Positions 1 to 7,077 of a DNA stretch of 64,000 nt are shown in pieces. The notes beneath the pieces were generated by a model. The model saw only the letters and a program-made list of their open reading frames with translations, was not told the origin of the DNA and searched no databases. The DNA comes from a virus, in IMG/VR virus record IMGVR_UViG_3300028840_003906. One strand, 5' to 3'. The position numbers and the translations under genes are program-made. How positions within the stretch are numbered: position 1 is the stretch's first letter; the number at the start of each line of letters is the position of its first letter.

Positions 1-1
1 G

Positions 2-211
2 AGTGATCTGATTGATCTGATCACGGGAGTTGGGTCCATCCTGAAAGGGAGGGAAGGGGCCATACTTTCTGAGTCGTACGTGTCAGTTGAGGTCCCAGAT
101 GAGCACTCGGGTGTGGTTGGGATGTATATTCAAAGGAGGCCCGGGCCAATAAAGACGGTGAAGATCAATCTCATGTTCAACAGGAAGCACATAGGGGAAG
201 GTGGAGATTGA
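2..211 (+). CDS. hypothetical protein, 5'-truncated by window start
   Basis: Open frame from position 2 to TGA 209-211, overlapping the next ATG (TGATG). Confidence 0.4.
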   Translation, partial: SDLIDLITGVGSILKGREGAILSESYVSVEVPDEHSGVVGMYIQRRPGPIKTVKINLMFNRKHIGEGGD

Positions 212-498
212 TGCCGAAGTATAGAAAGAAGCCGGTGGTGATTGAGGCGTTTCAGTTCACCGAGGATGCGTCGCATGATCGGGACAATTGGCCGGAGTGG
301 CTCAAGATGGCGTGGTTTGATTATGGGTATGGTGCTCCTGGCGGTCTGTGGTTAATGGGTTCGACGTGGTACTGTGGAACACTGGAGGGGCAAAACAAGA
401 TAACGCTTGGTGATTTCATCATCCAGGGGGTGGATGGCGAGATCTATCCGTGCAAGCCGGATATCTTCCACCGGACATATGAGGCTGTTGGTGGGTGA
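211..498 (+). CDS. conserved phage hypothetical protein (KYRKKPVVIEA...GDFIIQGVDGEIYPCKPDIF family)
   Basis: ORF with GGAG SD; motif pattern common in phage genomes. Confidence 0.75.
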   Translation: MPKYRKKPVVIEAFQFTEDASHDRDNWPEWLKMAWFDYGYGAPGGLWLMGSTWYCGTLEGQNKITLGDFIIQGVDGEIYPCKPDIFHRTYEAVGG

Positions 499-811
499 CG
501 GTGTTGTTTCTGTCGTTGACTTCAAGAACAAGCAGGCGATTGATCTGAAGGACAAGCCGGTCGGCGGATGCAACCACATGCGGCTGAGCGTTGATCCTGT
601 GCTCCGGGTGGTTGAGTGCTCTCTGTGTGGGGCAAAGCTGGATCCTGTTCAGGTGCTTGTTGAGTTCGCGAAGCGAGAGAGGCGCATGAGTTATACGCGC
701 CAAGCCTACGAGGATGCTCGGAAGAAGACCCAGGATCTGTCTGCGGAAGAGAGGCGCATCAAGGCTAGGATCCGTCGCGCGGAAAAGAAGCTGAAGGGGA
801 TCGAAGGTTGA
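491..811 (+). CDS. hypothetical Zn-binding/coiled-coil protein
   Basis: ORF 407..811; likely GTG start at 491 overlapping upstream stop; C-x-H and CxxC, basic helical tail. Confidence 0.6.
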   Translation: MGDGVVSVVDFKNKQAIDLKDKPVGGCNHMRLSVDPVLRVVECSLCGAKLDPVQVLVEFAKRERRMSYTRQAYEDARKKTQDLSAEERRIKARIRRAEKKLKGIEG

Positions 812-1272
812 GTGAAATCCAGTACAAAATAGAACATCAGATGCAACCGGATCAGAAGTCCTGCGTGTCCACATGCGTGGCTATGCTGTTGGGGGTCCCG
901 GCCACGGGTCAGCAGCTTGTCAGATTCCAGGGCGACTACTTCGATGATAGAGAGACGGCGTCCTCGTTTCTGCGCAGGAAGGGCATGAAGAACCGGGCGC
1001 TCTTGACCGAGGATCGCACGATGAACTTCGGGCGCGTCTACATCCTGTCGGTCCCATCGCTGAACAACGTTGGTGGAATGCATGCGATCGTCGTTGACAT
1101 GCGGGACGTGATGGAGATCTATGACCCGCAGAAAGGGACCGGGAAGAAGTACTACGGGACGGACGGCGACGGGCAGGAGTTGGTTTCGTACAACCTGGAT
1201 GTGGTCGTGGATTGCTACGATCACTACCGGGATAAGATGGATCGTGAAAAAAGGAGAATGCAGGATGAGTAG
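808..1272 (+). CDS. peptidase C39-like (papain-fold) protein
   Basis: Q-x5-SC-x3-CVAM, HAIVVD and YDP motifs in C39 order. Confidence 0.65.
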   Translation: MSEIQYKIEHQMQPDQKSCVSTCVAMLLGVPATGQQLVRFQGDYFDDRETASSFLRRKGMKNRALLTEDRTMNFGRVYILSVPSLNNVGGMHAIVVDMRDVMEIYDPQKGTGKKYYGTDGDGQELVSYNLDVVVDCYDHYRDKMDREKRRMQDE

Positions 1273-1537
1273 TGGAGTTGAGAGCAGAAGTGTTGCGACG
1301 TTGCATGGTGTTCTTCGTGTTGAGAGGGATGAACCTTTGCCGAGGGTGATGTTTGTGGTTGCGAAAGATGGAGATGGAGAAGTTGATGCACGCAATTTTG
1401 TTTTGTTGTCGGCGCTTTCTCCTGAGCTGCAGAAGGCTGTGAGAGATGAGTTCCGGGAGAAGTCGGTTACGTCAAGGGATATGATTGATCAGCTTCATCC
1501 GGAAACGCAGGAAGAACTCAAGATGGGAAGGATCTAG
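1265..1537 (+). CDS. hypothetical protein
   Basis: ATG 1265 overlapping upstream stop within ORF 1121..1537. Confidence 0.55.
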   Translation: MSSGVESRSVATLHGVLRVERDEPLPRVMFVVAKDGDGEVDARNFVLLSALSPELQKAVRDEFREKSVTSRDMIDQLHPETQEELKMGRI

Positions 1538-2059
1538 ATGGAAGGCTGTCAGAGATGCATCATGTTTGATGGTGGTGTTTCGGGTGCTCGTTTTAGCGAG
1601 GACAGGATCTACAGATACAAGCTCTGGAGGATGTGGGATCCGGCGAAGGACTCTGTGGTGTTCGTTGGTCTCAACCCTTCCACGGCTGATGAGAATGTCG
1701 ATGATCCAACGGTGAGACGGTGCATTGGATATGCGAAGGATTGGGGGTACGGGTCGATTTTCATGCTCAACATCTTTGCTTTTAGGGCGACAGATCCACG
1801 GGAGATGAAGTTGTCAGAGGATCCTGTTGGGGCAATGAATGATTCGTTCTTGGTAGAGGCGTCCAAGGGTTCTGGGTTGGTAGTTGGGTGCTGGGGGGCG
1901 CATGGTGGTCATCTCGGGCGCGGGAGAGCTGTTCTTGAAATGATGAGAGAAAACGGGATTCGAGTTCATTGCCTCGGGTTGACAAAGGCAGGTCATCCGA
2001 AGCATCCGCTGTACCTGAGAAAAGACTTGGTTCCTGTTCTGATGAATGGAGAAGGTTGA
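1538..2059 (+). CDS. DUF1643 family protein
   Basis: YRYKLWRMW, VGLNPSTAD, DDPTVRRC, NIFAFRATDP, GHPKHPLY motifs. Confidence 0.9.
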   Translation: MEGCQRCIMFDGGVSGARFSEDRIYRYKLWRMWDPAKDSVVFVGLNPSTADENVDDPTVRRCIGYAKDWGYGSIFMLNIFAFRATDPREMKLSEDPVGAMNDSFLVEASKGSGLVVGCWGAHGGHLGRGRAVLEMMRENGIRVHCLGLTKAGHPKHPLYLRKDLVPVLMNGEG

Positions 2060-2697
2060 TGACTGGAAGGAACATTGTTGTTTGGTCGGGAGGGGCGGAC
2101 TCGACGCTCGTGTTGAACGACTACGCAGGCGTTTCATCTGAGGATTACCCGGTGGTGGCTCTTTCGGTTGCGGGGCACCGTTTTCTGGGTTCTGAGTTCC
2201 TGAAGGCCCAGGGGAAGGCGCAGGCGGAGTACCTGAAGCTGGCGAAGAAGCGCGGGTACCATATCAGGCACGAAAAGATCCTGTTCTCCGGGAACTACGA
2301 TTGGGGGGTGAAGAAGAACTGCCGTGATGATGGGGCTCCTTCAGCGCAGTCGGTGATGTGGCTCTCTGCCGTGATGAACGTTGTGGGCGAAGGAGACAAG
2401 GTCCATTTCGGCTACATCAAGGGGGACTGCTTCTGGCACTACCGGGAGCAGTTCGAGGCCGCGTTTGGCGCCCTGTGCGCCCTGAAGGGGGTCAAGGCGA
2501 AGTTGAACTATCGCCTGGAGTGGGAAAGGAAGGGGGACGTCTTGAGGAGGCTGAAGGGGGCAAAGATTCCGCAGAGGTGTTGGTTCTCGTGCGAGTATAC
2601 GAAGAATGGAAAGCCGTGTGGGTCGTGTGCGAAGTGCGATGAGATCAAGATGGCGAAGTTGGACTGGCGGTTCAAAAGCAGCAAGAGGCCGGAGTGA
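2059..2697 (+). CDS. QueC-like (7-cyano-7-deazaguanine synthase-like) PP-loop ATPase
   Basis: N-terminal VVWSGGADST PP-loop; C-terminal WFSC-x7-PCGSCAKC Zn site. Confidence 0.75.
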   Translation: MTGRNIVVWSGGADSTLVLNDYAGVSSEDYPVVALSVAGHRFLGSEFLKAQGKAQAEYLKLAKKRGYHIRHEKILFSGNYDWGVKKNCRDDGAPSAQSVMWLSAVMNVVGEGDKVHFGYIKGDCFWHYREQFEAAFGALCALKGVKAKLNYRLEWERKGDVLRRLKGAKIPQRCWFSCEYTKNGKPCGSCAKCDEIKMAKLDWRFKSSKRPE

Positions 2698-2903
2698 CAA
2701 TGATCAGGGTCGAGACGGGTTGCTACCATGTTACTGTCGAGAATGGGGTTGCGTCGATGCCACCGCGCCCGTATCCAGAGGCTGTGGTTCCGAAAGGTGA
2801 GGTTGTGATCGAATGCGATGGTGTATATGACTGCTTTGTGTTCTCTGGTGGGGATGTTGATCCCAGGAAAAGGGCTGTTGAGCTGGTCGAGGAGAGGTTT
2901 TGA
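2694..2903 (+). CDS. hypothetical protein
   Basis: ORF coupled to neighbours (GTGA/TTGA overlaps). Confidence 0.55.
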   Translation: MTMIRVETGCYHVTVENGVASMPPRPYPEAVVPKGEVVIECDGVYDCFVFSGGDVDPRKRAVELVEERF

Positions 2904-2905
2904 AG

Positions 2906-3403
2906 ATGGGTGATGTGAAGAAGTCAAACATTGGGACGTCGTTTGATTCCTTCCTGGAGGAAGAAGGGATCATGGATGATGTAGATCGGGATGCGCAGAG
3001 GCGAATCAAGAAGATGAAGGGACTGCGATTTAGGATAGTAAAATGTGGTCCTGGTGCGTATTTTGTGCAGCGCAGAAGGTGGTTTGGATGGGAAACGCAG
3101 TGCGGATATCATCGTGGTGCGCCGGGCGACTTTGCATATCGGTATTGTGAGGCAGCGAATCCGTATGCATTGATCGATCACACGATCCCAGATCTGATAA
3201 GTGAGTTTGAGAAGCCGACCTTGCCGAAGGCGAGGGTTAGAGAGATGAGAAGAATGAGGGCGTATCGCCTGAGGGGCATTACAGGTGTTGTCGATCTTGA
3301 AAGGGCAACGAGGAAGCTCCTTGATCATCAGGCCACGAATCCTCCGCATACAGAGTTCGTCCCGCCTGGAGATATTCCTATGGAGTGGGAAGTGTCAATG
3401 TAA
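2906..3403 (+). CDS. hypothetical protein
   Basis: ORF with GAGG SD; N-terminus NIGTSFDSFLEEEGI. Confidence 0.6.
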   Translation: MGDVKKSNIGTSFDSFLEEEGIMDDVDRDAQRRIKKMKGLRFRIVKCGPGAYFVQRRRWFGWETQCGYHRGAPGDFAYRYCEAANPYALIDHTIPDLISEFEKPTLPKARVREMRRMRAYRLRGITGVVDLERATRKLLDHQATNPPHTEFVPPGDIPMEWEVSM

Positions 3404-3452
3404 CGCGTGTCGGGGTAGCAAGATGGTGGATCCTGGGATTCAGGAGAGAGTA

Positions 3453-3782
3453 ATGGCTGATAGTTTTTGGAAGATCATGGCGAAGAAGCGTCGTGAGCAA
3501 CGGCAGGCTCCTGCGGAGTCAGAGGTTCCGCGCCACAAGAGGCGCAAGCCGAAGAGGAAGCGGTACACGGTCGAGATGAAGCGTAGGCCGGAGCAGAAGT
3601 GCTGGTTCTCTTGGCACAAGGAGTGGAGCTGCCACGGGAAGTACGAGACTTTGAAGAGCGCGAAGCAGGCGATGAGGAGTCTGAAGAAGGATCGGCTGTG
3701 GGGGGAATACCTGCACCGGATCGTGGATGATGGGACCGGCCAGGTCCTGGTGACGAATGAAGAGGAGATGCCAGATGAGTAG
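3453..3782 (+). CDS. basic hypothetical protein
   Basis: ATG 3453 after AGGAG SD in ORF 3285..3782. Confidence 0.6.
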   Translation: MADSFWKIMAKKRREQRQAPAESEVPRHKRRKPKRKRYTVEMKRRPEQKCWFSWHKEWSCHGKYETLKSAKQAMRSLKKDRLWGEYLHRIVDDGTGQVLVTNEEEMPDE

Positions 3783-4080
3783 TGAAGAGAAGCCAAAGAT
3801 TCAGCGACCGAGTGTCAGGCCAAAGGGGCAGGGAATGCGGGGTGAAAATGCGTCATTTGCGATGAATAAAAAGGTGATTCCCATTGCCACGTACAGCACC
3901 ATTGAGAGGGAAGGCGCGTTTCTGGAGGTCTCGCACGGATCTGAACGGGTGCTGGGGCTGAATGTGGTTTTTGCGGACGTGGATCAGATGTGTGCGAGTG
4001 GGGGTTGTGAGTGGTGCGATCGCCTCCGTTCCAGGATTCGATCTCGTGTCGATCCGTCGATGATGAGAGTGGGCAACTGA
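3775..4080 (+). CDS. hypothetical protein
   Basis: ATG 3775 after GAGGAG SD; C-x2-C-x2-C near C-terminus. Confidence 0.55.
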   Translation: MSSEEKPKIQRPSVRPKGQGMRGENASFAMNKKVIPIATYSTIEREGAFLEVSHGSERVLGLNVVFADVDQMCASGGCEWCDRLRSRIRSRVDPSMMRVGN

Positions 4081-4108
4081 CGCGGGACTGGCAGAGAACA
4101 GCAAGGGC

Positions 4109-4498
4109 ATGCAAGTGCTCCGGCAAAGGAGAATGAAAATGGTGACAGTTGAGATGATGAAAGAGGCCCTGGAGGGTCATGTCGATGAGCTTCGGAAGAG
4201 CCTGAGCCGGAACAGGAAGCTCCTGAAGTCAGTGGGGAGGTGGCGAGCGACAGTCGATGCTCATCTGGATGCTGCCCGGGTATGCTTTGATGGGTTGGCC
4301 ACAGGTGATCCCGTGGAGGAGATCGAGTACGAGCCGGAGACTGGGAAGCCATACGTGTGCATCGTCCTTCCTGTGAAAGAGGACCTGGAGGCGGTCCTGG
4401 CGGCGAACCAGGAGTACTACAAGAGGATCAGCCGTCACAACTTCTCCGACATGGTTGTGCTCAGCGTGGTTCCCGGGAAGGATGGAGAGGATGGTTGA
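4109..4498 (+). CDS. hypothetical protein (start uncertain, 4109-4139)
   Basis: ORF 129 aa, AAGGAG SD near 4126. Confidence 0.6.
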   Translation: MQVLRQRRMKMVTVEMMKEALEGHVDELRKSLSRNRKLLKSVGRWRATVDAHLDAARVCFDGLATGDPVEEIEYEPETGKPYVCIVLPVKEDLEAVLAANQEYYKRISRHNFSDMVVLSVVPGKDGEDG

Positions 4499-5033
4499 TG
4501 TGAACGCTGAAAAGGAAGAGTTGTTCTTCGAGGCGGAGACGAGGAAGCATCAGCAGGAGGTCTCAAAGAACATGGTCTCTTTTGCGATGGAGATCCTCCG
4601 GAGGGCCACGGTGCATGATGCTTCGAAGTTGGTGTCGCCGGAGCGCGAGATCTTCATCCGGATGACTCCGAGGTTGCGCGAGCTGACCTATGGCTCGGAC
4701 GAGTACAAGGCTGCGCTGGAGGAGCTGGGGGAGGCGCTGACGCACCACTACAGCAAGAACTCTCATCACCCTGAGCACTTTGGCACCGATCCGAGTAGCA
4801 GCGTCGATGGGATGAGCCTGTTCGATGTGGTGGAGATGCTCTGCGACTGGATGGCGGCTACAAAGCGGCACGCTGACGGGAGCATTCAAGAGAGCCTGGA
4901 GATTAACCAGGATCGGTTCAAGATCCCCTCTCAACTCGTGGGCATCATGCGCAACACTGTGCCGGAGATCGGGATGGACGAGGGGTACGAAGACCCAATT
5001 CAAAAGGCGAACTCAAGTTCGCAGGAGGGATGA
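4491..5033 (+). CDS. DUF5662-like HD-type phage protein
   Basis: HDASKL, HHYSKNSHHPEHF, MSLFDVVEMLCDWMAA motifs. Confidence 0.8.
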   Translation: MVDVNAEKEELFFEAETRKHQQEVSKNMVSFAMEILRRATVHDASKLVSPEREIFIRMTPRLRELTYGSDEYKAALEELGEALTHHYSKNSHHPEHFGTDPSSSVDGMSLFDVVEMLCDWMAATKRHADGSIQESLEINQDRFKIPSQLVGIMRNTVPEIGMDEGYEDPIQKANSSSQEG

Positions 5034-5950
5034 AAATGCCTTTTGACTACAAGGATGGTGTGTTCAATATTCCGGAGAACGAGTTCAACGAGTTCGAGGA
5101 GAGGGATATCTATGTGCCATGGAGTGTGGACCTTCGTGTTGGAGGTGTGGTGAACCTTTCTGCTGTTGGGTACGATGGGTACTATGCCGTAAACAAAATT
5201 GAGGAATTGGGTGAGGACAGATCGCACTGCAAAGTCACTGTTCAAAAGGTCGCCAATGTGAAGGATGTGGATGAGGCGAGGAAGGGATTTGACGGGATCC
5301 CTGTGTCTTTCAGTGATGAGATGATCGAGCGATTTAGTACTCCTGCAATGGAAATGGCGGAGCAGCTCGTGCCTCCACCGGAGAAGGATCTGAGGATCCA
5401 CAGAGACGGGACAGTGATGGAGGGGATGCGGTCGGCCAAGACGCATGAGGCGGCCAAACGTGCAGTGACGAAGTTTCTGCGCGAGCAATCCTGCCTTGGA
5501 ATGTTCATGGACCCGCCCAAGCCTGTGTATGCTCCGTATATTCCGCTGCAGATATCGGAGAGTCCTTTTGCGTCTCCGGATGGCTGGAATGGAGATCTGC
5601 TCTTGTCCAGTCGTCAGCAGCGCGAAGAGGGGCCGAGGATCAAGAAGGAGAAGCTTCACGAGTACTTCAACCAGATTGTGATCGAGTTCGACGGAGAGAG
5701 GATCGAGTCTCCTGCTCCGCCAGGCGGATTCGAGTGCTATGCGGCTCAGTCATTTGGGCCTTACCCTATTCGTGTCTTGGACTATTGTGCAGACAGCGCC
5801 ATATCAGAATCGATCGTCGATCTGAGGAGGTTTGTCGGGATAGATGACTCTGGCGCTTGCTGGGCACACGACTGGCTTTGTGATGCGAGGGTGAAGAATG
5901 GTTTGTACCTTGTCCAGAAAAGGCAATTTGAGCGCGTCACGGAGAGGTGA
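5030..5950 (+). CDS. hypothetical protein
   Basis: 306-aa ORF, AGGAGG SD, ATGA overlap. Confidence 0.7.
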   Translation: MKMPFDYKDGVFNIPENEFNEFEERDIYVPWSVDLRVGGVVNLSAVGYDGYYAVNKIEELGEDRSHCKVTVQKVANVKDVDEARKGFDGIPVSFSDEMIERFSTPAMEMAEQLVPPPEKDLRIHRDGTVMEGMRSAKTHEAAKRAVTKFLREQSCLGMFMDPPKPVYAPYIPLQISESPFASPDGWNGDLLLSSRQQREEGPRIKKEKLHEYFNQIVIEFDGERIESPAPPGGFECYAAQSFGPYPIRVLDYCADSAISESIVDLRRFVGIDDSGACWAHDWLCDARVKNGLYLVQKRQFERVTER

Positions 5951-5952
5951 GG

Positions 5953-6387
5953 ATGGCCAAGAAGAAGATCACGGCCCAGGATGCCGTCGATGTCCTAAAC
6001 CGCGCCCTGGAGGCCGACAGGGGCGCTGTGATGGCGCTTCGTGACGCCAAGGTCCCATGCAATGATGCCCTGGCGCTCGATCCAACGATTCAGGTCTCGT
6101 CGACAAACGATCCTGCGATTGTCCACGATGCGTACCAGGGCGGTGAGCTGATCACGGTTGGGGGCGGCAAGCGATACCAGGTCGGGTTCCTGGGGATGCT
6201 GAATGGCATCTTTGGGATCTTGCCGTCTGGGCAAGGTAGGATTGCGGCGGTGTACGAACTCGTGTGTGCGAATTGCACCCTGGATGAGAAGGACGTGAAG
6301 GGGCTTGTTGCCGGGAGCAAGTGTCCGTCCTGCGGGATGCCGCTGAGGATTGGGAGATTGATGAAATTCGTAGAGGTCAAGAGGTAG
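5953..6387 (+). CDS. hypothetical protein with C-terminal CxxC-CxxC zinc ribbon
   Basis: CANC...CPSC; GAGG SD. Confidence 0.65.
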   Translation: MAKKKITAQDAVDVLNRALEADRGAVMALRDAKVPCNDALALDPTIQVSSTNDPAIVHDAYQGGELITVGGGKRYQVGFLGMLNGIFGILPSGQGRIAAVYELVCANCTLDEKDVKGLVAGSKCPSCGMPLRIGRLMKFVEVKR

Positions 6388-6418
6388 GACGAACTTGAGT
6401 TCGCTCCAGGAGGGGAAG

Positions 6419-6712
6419 ATGGCTGAGAAGAAGGTCGCCGCGACACAGCAGATGGAGATCAGCCTCAAGGACATGCAGTCGATGACGATCGATGTTCAGC
6501 ACGTCGGGACCGGGGTGATTCTTGGGGTGATTGATCCGAGCGGGGGTGCCATTGCTGAGGGCGCTGTGATCCCGACGCTGATGTACGCGTTGGCCTTCGC
6601 TGCGAAGGAGCGGGGCTTTCACATGTCTCGATTCGGGGATGCGATGAAGGAGTTCCTGGAGAAGGTTGACGATAGCCTGGACCGAGAGAAGGCTAACAGA
6701 GTGTTGAACTGA
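6419..6712 (+). CDS. hypothetical protein
   Basis: ATG 6419 after AGGAGG SD. Confidence 0.65.
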   Translation: MAEKKVAATQQMEISLKDMQSMTIDVQHVGTGVILGVIDPSGGAIAEGAVIPTLMYALAFAAKERGFHMSRFGDAMKEFLEKVDDSLDREKANRVLN

Positions 6713-7077
6713 TGATCGACGGGCTTCTCGACATTCTCAAGGACATCCGCATCCCCCCCGCGCCGAGTGAGAACTTCGTGGTGGAGGAGATCTCCAAGAG
6801 GCTCACAGGTGCGGGCATCTCATTCGAGCGTGAGGTTTGGGTCGCGAAGCGTTCCAGGGTGGATTTCATGCTCGAAGATGGGGTGGTGATCGAGGTCAAG
6901 CGCGGGAAGCCAAACTCGAAGACGGTGGCTGCGCAGCTGAAGAAGTACGCGGCGAGCGTGAATGTTTCGGAGATTATCCTAGTGTCGGAGCGTGGACTTG
7001 TCTGGCATATCGAGGAGTCGAATGGTAAGCGTGTCCACTACGTTTCTCTCGCGCGAAATTGGGGGCTGACTATATGA
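6712..7077 (+). CDS. PD-(D/E)XK nuclease-fold protein
   Basis: FERE-x6-RVDFM-x5-VIEVK and QLKKY motifs; directly upstream of SNF2 helicase. Confidence 0.75.
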   Translation: MIDGLLDILKDIRIPPAPSENFVVEEISKRLTGAGISFEREVWVAKRSRVDFMLEDGVVIEVKRGKPNSKTVAAQLKKYAASVNVSEIILVSERGLVWHIEESNGKRVHYVSLARNWGLTI

